DNA of 64,000 bases from Puccinia triticina (taxonomy: Eukaryota). The DNA lies in contig CP110439.1 in NCBI GenBank assembly GCA_026914245.1, positions 6,510,001 through 6,574,000 on the forward strand. Direction: 5' to 3'. The position numbers were made by a program, and so were the translations under genes. This document shows, one piece after another, positions 26,189 to 38,078 of this stretch (its first letter is position 1; each line of letters begins with the position of its first letter). Under the pieces are notes generated by a model. The model had not been told where the DNA came from. It ran no database searches and worked only from the letters and a program-made list of their open reading frames with translations.

Positions 26189-28945
26189 TGTGGTGACCCA
26201 TTTGGTTGTCAGCTAGTCAGAAGCAGTCTGCTGCCACCACCATCAAGATCAGCAAGATACTCAGCAAGCATCAAGATCTAAAAGCAACCATCAAGATTCT
26301 CACTCATCCTCAAGACTTCAAGATCCTCAAGAACTTCCCCTTTCCCCATCCCTTTCTTATCCTTCAAATTCTTTCCTCCCCCCCACTTCTCCATTCCCAT
26401 CCCCAAACTACTTCCTTTTATTTCTACTTTCTCCCCTCTCATCCACTTCCCTTCCATCCTTCTTGGTCCTAACACAGCATCTGCTGTGGATTTATTCTGT
26501 GTTTTGTTTGTGATTTCCATTTCATCTTATTCTTCCTCTCTGGTCCTGGTTGTTCTCTTTCTTTCTCATCTTTCTGTTTCCTCCTTTCTTTTGTGTTGTG
26601 TTTTCTTTGTTTTTTTGTTCTCTTCTTTCTTTCTCTCTTCTGTTTTGTTGTCTGTGCGCGCGTAGCCCGCAGAGGATGTGATGAAATTCATGTGACAGGT
26701 TGCCTCCCTGAGTCCAAGTTCGCAGAACTTGGAGGAAGGGAGCGGTATGCCATTCTGATCCAGGAATAAGGGCATCACCTTTTTCATCATCATCAAGAAT
26801 CCCGAGTCCAAGTCCTTCATCCAATCCCCCAGTCCCTTCCAGAATCCTCACACATCCAAACCAACACCCGCCGTCGAGACTCCACAGCTCGACGTTACCT
26901 CAAAACCACTTCCCCCCAGCTATCACTTCGAATCCTCACGACTCATTTCTGGACCATCCAAGAGGGCAGTCTCACGACACCTTTTCCCCTCCCAGCGCTG
27001 CCACCTGCCTAGCACTGGACGGAGCTCCATATTTGGTCCCCCAAGCCAGGATCAAACCAGTGACCTCAAGATTTACAGTCTCGCACTGTGGTTTTGAGGC
27101 GCTTGGCGGTTATTTCTATTTTGATTTTTGGGTTCTTTTCTTTTGCCTCAATCTTGATCCTCTTTGGAAGGAGAGCTGAAAGTGCTTCTCCTTGATTATC
27201 ACTCAAATTGACTGATCTCGAGCGTGCTTGGCGAACAATCGGACCCGTTAGCTTGTTTCAAGATCCAGACCCTTGCCTGAGGACTCACCCTAGTCACGAA
27301 CATCAACAATCAAGCCTGTACGGCCTCTTCCCACTCAAAGGATCGGCGTCTTCCAGCTTGCACACCTCCCCGGTGGGGGTATCTTGCTGTTGGACGGGCC
27401 AGAGTTCTCTGCAAAAGCACCAAGTCTCCATTCTCTCGATCAGAGGCCTAAAGGAAGCTCGGATACAAACTAGCCCTCATTTCAGGCCTCGTCTTCTCTT
27501 TCTGATTTTTTAGGTGCTCAGCGGCGGGGCATTGAAGGTGCAAAAGTAAGTCCCTTTCGAATCAGTAGCACCTCCGAAGCACTACTTCATCATCAAAGCA
27601 TCATCGCCACCGCTGTGAGCAGCCTCCTTGATTTCCGCTTGTTTCTTTCTTCAGATCCTCCCTCGCCATGGCCAATGTCACCGCGGATCCTCCTCAAGGG
27701 AAGATGGTCAAGATTAATCCTCAAGATAAGGCTTTGAAGTTCAGCGGATCTAACATCAAGCAGTTTCTGGACAATTGTGAGCTAGCCGCGGAGCTGGACG
27801 GAGCGTTGTATTATGCCAAGGCTTGTCAGTGCAAGAATTAGGAGAACTAAGAGTGTTTTATTTCCATAAGCTCCTTTTTGTTTGCAGGAATGACAAAGTG
27901 AAGTTTAACAAAGTGAAAGAACAAAGTGGTGCTCTTACCTAAGAGCAAGATTGATAGTCTGAAGACTTCTGTGAGGTGAATAGGATGAGGTGTGGAATCA
28001 ACAAGAGTGCGTCGATGAGTTTATAGGAAAAAAGAGCTGAAGCGGCGAATTATGAGTGATTGGAGATAGATGGGCAAAGGTTTGAAGAACACAAGCGCGC
28101 GCGGAGAAATAAGGACGTTTTTGGTTATTTTAAGTTCTGAAGCGTAACGAAGATTGGGCAAGAAGAAGTGAAAAGGTGAATTATGTTGTTATGTTTTTAA
28201 GATTTTTAGTTTAAGGTCTGTGGTGATAACGGGAATCAGGGTTTGAGAGTGTGCAAGTTTTGCTTGGATTTATTTGCAGGAAGGAAAGATTGAAAATGAG
28301 GCTGGTGTCAACATTTGGGCTGGGCGAACAGGCTCTTTTATAGGCAAAGTTTGCTGTACTAACAGGTTAGAGACCCGACGAGTCGGGCGTCCTTTCTCGC
28401 TGATGTATTCAGGGTTCAGGATGGGATTGCGCCGCACCTGACCAAGGGTCAGGGTTAGAGGCTGAAACGACGCTGGCCAAGTGTAACGATCCTGTACTGA
28501 TATTATGGACTAATCTATCAGTCTATCTTATAATCCGGAGTTTAGTTGTGACGATCATCAATCGGGGTTTTGATGTCATGCGCCTTTGTCATCCTTTTGT
28601 TAATCCGGGACGATGACGTGTTGTTCTTATCGTGACGTCATAAGGTTTTCTCGCATTGATTCTGATTGTTATACTTGTTCTCTTCGGATGTTTGTTCTCT
28701 CTTTCCTCTCTTTCCCTATCGGGATATTCTTTGTTACCATTTCCTCATTCTATTGTTCCGAGTAATTCATTCTCGAAGATAATAGTCTATCAAATATTCA
28801 TTACATCATCAATCAAACATCGATAACCATATAATATTATCCAAATCTACTATCAAGCATCCCGGCGAACTATCCTCTCGGGTAGTTTCATAGCCTCATA
28901 GCGAACTGATAGTAGGCTGGCCATCACAGTTTTTTCAATGCCTGC

Positions 28946-31900
28946 ATGGCTGATAAGATGAACGCCAGTGACTGTAAGCAGGCTCATTTTGTTAAGAAAT
29001 CTGCCCGAACCAATAAACGCCCTTTCTTTAACGGGGCTTTGCTAATAGATAGGGATCACAGGACTGATGTTTCTGTTTTGGTTGATTCTGGCGCATCCGC
29101 CTCGTTTATTGACATTAATTTTGCCAGGAACAATAAAATCGAGACTTTCCCGATGGCTGTAGGGTTGCAGTGCAAGTCGTTCGATGGGACTTCGGCGGCT
29201 TCCGGGGATATAGTTTCTTGTGTAAAAGGGGATGTTTTGATCCCCACGACTTGCGGTTCCACTTTGCGGACCCATGTTACTCTCCATTTAACTAAATTAG
29301 CTTCTGCAGATTTGATATTAGGTAATTTGTGGTTAAGGGACTCTGGCACGTTTGTAGGAGGACTAAATGGGGAGGTTGTAATGTATGATTGTGTACAGGA
29401 AATTTGTGATCTTTCCTGCAATGAAGCGTTGTCGCTTACGGATGAGTTTTCGGACGTGTTTGTCACAGAATCCTTGGCGTGTCTTCCCCCTCATAGAGGG
29501 CAGTTTGACTGTGAGGTTAACCTTAAACACGGGGCAGTCCCACCGTTTGGGAAGATGTATAATCTAAGCAAGTCAGAAAGAGATGAGTTGAAGACTTACG
29601 TTGACGAAAATCTCGCTAAAGGCTTTATTAGGTTGTCCTCGTCTCCGGCGGCGGCGCCAATATTTTACGTCAAGGTAGCCGGGAAAGCTAATCGGCCTTG
29701 TGTTGATTATCGTATTTTAAATAATATGACAGTTCGGGACTCGTATTCTCTCCCGGTCATTGCTCACCTGTTGAATAACCTGCAGGGATGCAAGTTTCTT
29801 TCAAAGATCGATCTCAAAGCGGCCTTTAACCTTCTGCGGGTGGCCGAAGGCCACGAGTGGAAAACGGCTTTCCGAACTCCTTGGGGCTTGTACGAATATC
29901 AAGTCATGCCCTTTGGATTGGCTAATGCGCCGGCCACTTTTCAGCGATTTATTCAGCACGTCTTAAGGGAATTTTTAGACGTTTGCTGCTTTGTTTATAT
30001 CGATGACATCCTTATTTTCTCCAAGACTAGAGACCAGCATTTGTTGGATTTGCGCAATATATTGCAAAAGCTTCGACAGTTTTCTCTTAAAGCGTCGCTG
30101 AACAAGTGCGAGTTTTTCTGTTCAAAGGTCACTTTTCTCGGCTTCGATATAACAGACACTGGTTTGAAAATGAATGATTCGAAGTTGAAGACTATTGAGG
30201 ACTGGCCTTTTCCGGCGACTGTTCGGGGTCTTCGGAAATTTTTAGGTTTCACGAATTTTTATAGGCGATTTATACCCCGGTTCTCAACGGTGGCGGGGCC
30301 TCTTACAACTTTGACTCAGGAGAAGTATAGTGATTCAACTCTGTTGAATTCAGTCGAGGCGGCGGAGGCTTTTGAGAAGCTTAAGCGGATGTTTGTTACT
30401 GAACCTCTATTGCTTCATTTTGATTTCAATAAGGACAGAGTGGTGCACGTGGACAGCTCGGGTTACGCCATCGCGGCGGTGTTAAGTCAGCCTGATGATA
30501 ACGGCAATTATCTTCCCGTCAGCTACTATTCTCGGAAGCTCTCCGACCGAGAGCGGTCTTGGAAGATCTTCGATTTAGAGCTTTTGGCAATTGTGGCTGC
30601 TTGCCATGAGTGGAGGGCTTGGTTGATGGGGACTGAAAGACCGGTGACGATGTTTTCCGATCACTCGAATCTTTTGTATTTCAAAACTGCTAAGTACCTT
30701 TCGCCGAAGCAGGCTCGCTGGGCCTTATTTTTAGACAACTTTAATATGTTAATTTATCATATAGGAGGCTCTGACAATCCGGCGGACGGCCCAAGCCGAC
30801 GAGAAGATTTTTATGACAGGAGAAAGTTGAGTAATGATGTAGACTTGATCACGAAACGGATGGTGAATTGTGATGTGATTGGGGGTGATGTTTCTCCTTC
30901 TCCTATGACTTCACATGATTTGTTTTTTCAGAAGTCGACAGCTAAATTGATTTCCTATTTTAATGATTTCTATTCGGTAGGCGAAAAGAAGGCGAAAGGT
31001 GTCCTTTTTGCTGATGATGTTTACTGGCACCAGTCTAGGGTCCTTGTACCCTCCTCGTTGAGGACTAGGATTCTAATCATGTATCATGATGCCCCGGCGG
31101 CGGGTCACCCAGGCATTGCGAGGACCTTGTCAATGCTGACTCGATCTTTTTCTTGGCCCGGAGTTCGAAGGTCGGTCATCGACTATGTGAGGAGCTGTGA
31201 CTCGTGTCAGCGTGTTAAGGCTCGGCGGCAGGCGCCGGATGGCAAGTTGGTTTCTGTCGTGGCGGAACCAAGACCCTGGAGTGTGATAGGGATGGACTTA
31301 ATAGTAAAGTTGCCTGTATCAGGCGGTTTTGATTCAATTTTGGTTGTAGTCGATTTGTTAAGCAAACTTACGCATTTTGTTCCCTGTAAGGAGGCTTCCT
31401 CGTCAGCGGTGTTGGCGGGGCTATTTAGGAAAAAAAAATTTCGATTACATGGTCTGCCGGATAAGATTGTTTCTGACAGAGGAAGCACGTTTGTGAGTGA
31501 CTTCTGGAAGAGTTTGATGCACTCACTCGGGATCAAGTCAGCCTTGTCGACGGCTTATCACCCGCAAACCGACGGCCAAACGGAACGCATGAATCAAGTC
31601 GTGGAGGATTATCTCCGGCACTTTTGTTCCTATTATCAAGACAACTGGGACAGGTGTCTGGAGATGGCCGAGTTTGCGATAAACAATAGTGATTCCTCTA
31701 GCCTTAAGATTTCTCCGTTTTTCTTTACCTACGGCTTTCATCCCCGGTTTAATACGTTAACGGAAAACACGGGACGGAAGTCTTTGGATGAATTTCTTGT
31801 TGATTTGCAGGTCACTCAGGAGACTGCGATGGAATGCCTTCGTATGCGGATAGTGGTATCGGATTGACTTTGAAAAAGGTTAGTTAACTCTGACATCAAT

Positions 31901-34308
31901 TTATCCAGTAATACATAAGCTAAATCAAATATCTTCCTATTTGTTATTTCTTGTAGATTGACTATGTATGTCGCCGAATTGCCAGCTCTCCTGCAAAACA
32001 GGCTGAGTTCAAAGTATGGGCACGCAAGCTAGGTTATGAAGGCCCGGGAATCATTGGAGGCTACGGTATCCGATGGAATATAGCCTACGAAAGCAGAAAT
32101 CGAGCGTACAAGGCAAGAAAAGTTAGTGGTAGAATTCAAACCTTTCTCTTTTCATCATAAACTGGTCTCTAGACTCAACGAACTTGAACTTTGTATGTTT
32201 TTATGCACTTAGGTTATCAATCAACTCTTGGTCAACGAGAGCGAGAACGGTAAAGGAAAGTATTTCAAAGGCTATGAGTTCGGAACCAAGGAGTGGGATA
32301 ACATCAAGGTTTTGAATTCCGTTCTCAAGGTACAGTGCTCTAGTCTGCTCATCCTCCTTGAATGATGAACGTTGGTTAACAACTGGCATTGTTTCTTTTC
32401 ATTTTTTACACTTGTGATGCAGGAATTCCTCGATCTGACTAAGCGGATGGAGGGTGATGGCCCCTGTTCTTCGATGGTCCTATATGAATTCAGCCGTCTC
32501 ATCGAAGTCTTGGAGCAGCTCAAGCGCGCGAATGGAGATGGCATCCTCGAGGCTATGTTTGATCCTATGATCAAAGTCGCCACCAAGTATCAGACCCTCG
32601 CTCTTGGATGTGAGCCAATACTGATGGCAACTATGCTACATCCAGCCTGGAGATTGCTCCTATTTGCTCACAAATTCAAGTCGCATCATGCGACTGCTCA
32701 GGACCTACTTTTGAAAAGGTTCAAAGAACGTCAAATGTTGCTCAAGCCGGCCACCCCTCCACCAACAAAGGAAATCACAGCAACTCTTGATCCCGACAAT
32801 GAAGATGACGGATACAACTTCTATCCGACCAACCCGGATCTAGACGATAGCGAAGAAGAGTTGAACCGATACCATGAAACTAAGCTCTCACTTGGTATCA
32901 AAGGGAAGGTCTTGTCCTGGTGGAAGGTACATTTTTTTTCTTGTCTGCCTTTTACTGTTCAGAGCTCATACTTTCAATGCTGTACTTATAATTTACAGGC
33001 ACAGGCACCATCTTTCCCGGTCCTCGCCTCCCTCGCCCGAGACTACCTGGCATGTGCGGGCAGCTCAGCTTGTGTTGAGCGAACATTCTCAGCGGCTTCG
33101 GACATATGTACAACGAGTCGTGGAGCACTTGCGCCTCAAACAATTGAACGCTGTATTAGTAGCCATTTATGGATTCGTCAAGGTGTCCAGGCTAAAGGTG
33201 ATTTCGACGACTGTCTTGCTGTTCTCAATGCAGCCAAAAAAAACTCCAAGTTCCATCTTGACATGCAAAACTAGTTTGCTTCAACCTTTCTTTTTCATCT
33301 TATTTCTTGACTTCATTCCGAACTAACTTACACATATACACGACAACATAGTTATTTGTAGTAGATTACACACAGCTCATATACACGAAAGAAGATTGCC
33401 TCCCTCATCCTGCTTTCTAGCACCGAAAAAGAGATTTTGAGCCCCTGAATCATCACTCAAGTAGCGCCAGAGACATCGCTAAAATAGCGCAATAGAAACC
33501 GCTACTGTAGCGCAATAGAACCCGCTATAGTAGCGGTTTTGCCGCTACTATAGCGAAGAGCGTAGCGGGACGCCGCTACTCTCCGCTGAAAAAAGCTCGC
33601 TAATATCCTCACTTTTTCCTCGTTTAAATAAATAGCGAAAAGCGAAGCGCCCCGCCCGCTACCAAAAGCGCAGCGAAGCGGTGCCAAAATGGCTACGCTT
33701 TCGCTACGCTTGCCGCTTTGCGCAGCGTAGCTCTTGCACTGTTGCTTCGACTGGCGCGGATTAAACAAGCGGAGTATTATAATAAGGGAAGGAAGGAGGC
33801 GCCGATTTACAAGGAAGGCGAGGAAGTTCTTCTTCTTCGAAAATTCATTCAATCTCGGCGGATGAACTCGAAGCTGGATTATAGGTACATCGGTCCTTTT
33901 AAGGTTTTGGGAATGGTGGGGAGTAATGCGGTGAAGTTGGATTTGTCTTCTGACTATCCCAAACTTCACCCGGTCTTCAATGTTTCTCTGATAATTCGGT
34001 ATGTAAGGCCAGATACAGTTGATGGTCGTAATTCTTTTTTAGGTACAAAATGCAAGTACTACACGGAAGGACAGATTGTGGATTGGGGGAGGATTAGAGC
34101 GGTCTTGGATGTAAGAACGGTAAAGAAAGGCAAGTTAGATTATCTCATTTCATGGCATAATTCCACCCCTGGCGAAAACACGTGGGTATTGCAGAGTCAC
34201 ATCCCTGTGTCTGTTGAGCCTTTGTTACAAAAATTTCATCAGGCGGCGGAGAAACGGCAAAAAAAGGTCAAGAAATCTGCGGGATTGGTCGACAAACAGA
34301 CTGGTTAA
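28946..34308 (+). CDS. Gypsy pol PR-RT-RH-IN-chromodomain (28946-31842 + 33750-34308; 1151 aa when rejoined), disrupted by hAT insert
   Basis: Motifs VDSGAS, YIDDIL, HHCC-type HDAPAAGHPG...CDSC, SDRG...HPQTDGQTER, GPF, and chromodomain-like YLISW...ENTW. No internal stops after removing the insert. Confidence 0.92.
31843..33744 (+). mobile_element. 5'-truncated hAT transposon with intron-containing transposase C-terminus
   Basis: Exons ..31878, 31957-32121, 32213-32329, 32423-32926 and 32999-33274 splice in frame. Motifs IRWN and hATC dimerisation FPVLASLARDYLACAGSSACVERTFS. TAGCG-rich subterminal repeats, right end CACTGTTG. Only CTTCG is shared at the junctions. Confidence 0.9.
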
Positions 34309-35079
34309 AGGTAGTAGGGTGGTCTTATTTTGTAACAATCCTGTACTGATATTATGGACTAATCTATCAGTCTATCTTATAATCCGGAGTTTAGTTGTGA
34401 CGATCATCAATCGGGGTTTTGATGTCATGCGCCTTTGTCATCCTTTTGTTAATCCGGGACGATGACGTGTTGTTCTTATCGTGACGTCATAAGGTTTTCT
34501 CGCATTGATTCTGATTGTTATACTTGTTCTCTTCGGATGTTTGTTCTCTCTTTCCTCTCTTTCCCTATCGGGATATTCTTTGTTACCATTTCCTCATTCT
34601 ATTGTTCCGAGTAATTCATTCTCGAAGATAATAGTCTATCAAATATTCATTACATCATCAATCAAACATCGATAACCATATTATATTATCCAAATCTACT
34701 ATCAAGCATCCCGGCGAACTATCCTCTCGGGTAGTTTCATAGCCTCATAGCAAACTGATAGTAGGCTGGCCATCACACCAAGGCTGCGGTAAGTAAGATT
34801 TTTGGTGTATTATTAGTTTTTTGGGACAGGGCTGGTTTCATGGTTTAGCAACAGCGCGAGTTTCCTCTTGGTTTGGAAGCTTACAGTTTAGGAAGCTTTC
34901 CGCACTTGGTTTCACAACCTGACAGTCAGGTCGGCTCTTTTGTTGAATTGGGAGAGACGCGCACGATTCTCAGCACACTCAATGGCTACAAGCCGCCTGA
35001 CTGGACCAAACTCAAGGCCGCCATGATCTCTCACTGGGGCAAGCTTGATACGGCGCTGTACACTCAGCGCGACTTGGAG

Positions 35080-35549
35080 CAAGGGTGAAAGCGCTGCGCT
35101 TCAAAAAGCGCAGCGCAGCGTGAAGCGCAGCGGTTTTGGTGGCCGCTGCGCTGCGCTGAAAGTAGCGGCCCCGCCCGCTGCGCTACCGCTTTTTGGGTCT
35201 GGCAAGAAGCAGGGACCCGCTACTTTCAGCGGTAGCGCAGCGGAACCATCGCTGCGCTACCGCTTTTTGAGCTGGCCGCGTAGCGCTCCCCCGCTGCCAG
35301 CCAAAAAAGCGCAGCGCAGCGCAAAGCGCAGCTGTTTTGGTGGCCGCTGCGCGCCACTGAAAGGAGTGGCCCCGCCCGCTGCGCTACCGCTTTTTGGGTC
35401 GGGAAAAAAGCGGGGCCTCGCTATTTTCAGCGGTAGCGCAGCGGGACTGGCGCTGCGCTACCGCTTTTTGGGCTGACCGCGCAGCGGTCCCCCGCTGCGC
35501 TGCGCTAAAAGACCGCTTTTTTGTAGCGCAGCGCAGCGTTTCAGCCTTG
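35080..35549. mobile_element. GC-rich MITE with 7-bp TSD
   Basis: CAAGGGTGAAA...TTTCAGCCTTG, TSD CTTGGAG. Removal restores DLE|ALV. Internal ~200-bp direct duplication. Confidence 0.85.
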
Positions 35550-37602
35550 CTTGGAGGCGCTGGTGTTGACCTGGCAGGCTAAGGGTGGTGTATCGTCGGT
35601 CGCCGACTATCAGGAGTTTTGCAAAACCTGGGGCCCGCTTCAGTCATATCTTGTCGCGAAGAAACATATTGATTCGGTGGAGGAGATCAGAAAAGAGTTC
35701 TATCAATGTTTCTCGTTCAGTATTCAGGAGCGGATTCGGGCGCAGTTGATCAAGGATAAATCTATGGTAGTCACCCTGGACAATTGAGGAAGGCTCCCTG
35801 AGTTCAAGGTCCTCAAAGCTGCGGTTGAGGAGGTCATGGAGGGTCAGATCACCTTAACATTCGAGGACTCTCAATCAGCGGTCCCCGTAGCTCCACCGTT
35901 CCAAGCCTTGAACGAGATCATGAAGAAGTTGAGCAAGGATCAGAAACCGACACCAGCTACTTCTGCCCCGGTACCGGTCCACTCAATTGACGAGCTTATT
36001 AGGATGTTCCAGTCGTTGGAACAATACTTGAAGAGAGACTCGGCTCAGAACCCGGCTGATCGACCTGCCATGACCTGTTTTTATTGTCACCGGAAGCATC
36101 ATGGTACTGCCGGATGTCTGGAGCTTCAGAAAGACAGGGATGACGGTCTGGTCGAGCAGCAAGGGAGCAACTTTTTCCTCCCCAACGGCGCGCTCATTCC
36201 CTTTGATTGCAGCCGCCCAATCCGCCGAGTGGTGGCCTCTTTTAATGATTCTCAACCATCAAGTAGCTCTGTTTCAGCACCTTTCAGGACTGGTTGTGGC
36301 GCCCTCCAGCCATGGTACTCGCCTGCTGTTCCATTACCACCATCTCCAAGACACATATCTGCTAGGAAGAAGCACGAAGCGTCACAGCCCTGCAAAGATC
36401 CCCCGGTTTCCCAGCCTCATCCTCGTCGTTCAATCTGCAAGTCACTCGCCTCTGAGCCTAGTCATCCCGGAGTCGCATTATGTGATCATGCTCCTCCACC
36501 GTCTCGAACCCCATCTAGGCAGGCAATAGACTCCATCCTGAAGAAGATCTCTGAGATCATGGAACCTGGTCTTTCTGTGTCCAAACTTTCTAAGAAGAAT
36601 TCATCAATATCTGCCCCCGTTGCCGTGGCCCCTCCTGCAGCGGTGCCAGTCAAGCTGGTCAAATGTTCCGACTTTCAAGATCAAATCCCTGATTCAAGGG
36701 GGTTCTCACTTGTTAGTTCGTACCAAGACAATTCTCAAGTCTCGAGATCTTCCGATCCAGATCCCAATCTCTGTTCTAGTAGCCAGCTCCGACCATCAGC
36801 AGAGCGTTCAACCCTGCCCGGCCCCCTCCAAGATGAGGTTAAACTATCTGCAGTAGCCAAGCCAACCCGCCTCCGAGATGAGGTTAAACTAGCGACTCCT
36901 TCGATCTTCAATCCTCCCACCAACAACTATCAGCTGCCTCCCCTAGTGTTTGAAGATTTAGCACTGGGATTTAATTCATCTTGTTCCCTCCGTTTATCAT
37001 CCAATTCCACCGATCATCCTCCTTTGCCAATTTCCGATCTGGATTCCATGACCCTCTGCGATGATTCCCCTCAATCCATACACAAGTCTGACAAGTGTCT
37101 ATCCTCACTTTCGTCTCCAATCAGCCTCCGCAATGAGGATAAACTAGTCTTGTTTCATTTGGAAGCTGTAGATGTTGCAGCAGATCCGTTCAAGAGAGTC
37201 TTTTCACGTGGGGGCATTGGTGACTAAAAGTAAGTCCCCCTCCTTAGTCCTTGGGTTCTACTACCATTAGTCGTAAGCATTACTTTAGCCACTGCCGTGA
37301 GCCGCTCGTGGGACCTCTGTTTCTATTTTCTGTTCAGATCTATCTACCTCTCTCTCGCCGCATGGAGGATCAAAGGAGTCTGGGGACAGACTCCAAGTGG
37401 TGGGTGGATGTGGTGACCCATTTGGTTGTCAGCTAGTCAGAAGCAGTCTGCTGCCACCACCATCAAGATCAGCAAGATACTCAGCAAGCATCAAGATCTA
37501 AAAGCAACCATCAAGATTCTCACTCATCCTCAAGACTTCAAGATCCTCAAGAACTTCCCCTTTCCCCATCCCTTTCTTATCCTTCAAATTCTTTCCCCCC
37601 CC

Positions 37603-38078
37603 CAACGGTGGGCCAGCTACGCTAACCGCAGCGTTAGCGTGGCGTAGCGTAGCGGAATTCCGCTAAATTTTAGCGTAGCGTTAGCGGAATTGCGCCTTTC
37701 TGCGCTAACGCTACGCGCAAAGGGGGCGCAGCTAATTTAGCTGTTAGCGTAGCGTTAGCGCAGATGCGCGCAATTGCGCTAACGCTACACACGCAGGGCG
37801 CAAAAGAGCGCGCGCTACGGTGCGCCACAGTGCTTTTAGCTGAAAAAAAGGCCTTTTTTCCGCTAAAAGCGCTGTAGCGCAGCGTAGCGTAGCGCAGTGA
37901 CTGTAGCGGCGCGCTAACACTAACAAGCAATTGGCGCGCTGTTAGCGCCGCTGAAACGTAGCTCAGCGTAGCGGCGCTAACAGCGCGCTAACGCTACTCA
38001 AAATGGGCGGGCGCTTTTTGCTGCTACGCTAACGCTAAGTGGCCCTGTAGCGTAGTGTAGCGTAGCGGCCCACTGTTG
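37603..38078. mobile_element. hAT-type MITE in the 3' LTR of element E
   Basis: CAACGGTGGGCC...GGCCCACTGTTG flanked by C8 on both sides. Absent from the 5' LTR. GCGTAGC/GCTACGC subterminal repeats. Confidence 0.88.

Larger units (their letters stand above)
28482..34777 (+). mobile_element. Ty3/Gypsy chromovirus-type element H, pol-only
   Basis: 447-bp LTRs 28482-28928 and 34331-34777 (about 3 differences by eye), TSD CCAAG. Confidence 0.95.
27830..34924. mobile_element. Solo LTR F (~790 bp native) interrupted by Gypsy H
   Basis: TGCAAG...CCTGACA with 5-bp TSD GTCAG. Removal restores the gag frame of E (AKAC|QVGSF). Confidence 0.82.

Noticed and set aside
35045..35476. 143-aa Ala/Gly-rich ORF
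   Set aside because: It is read through a GC-rich MITE with an internal duplication.
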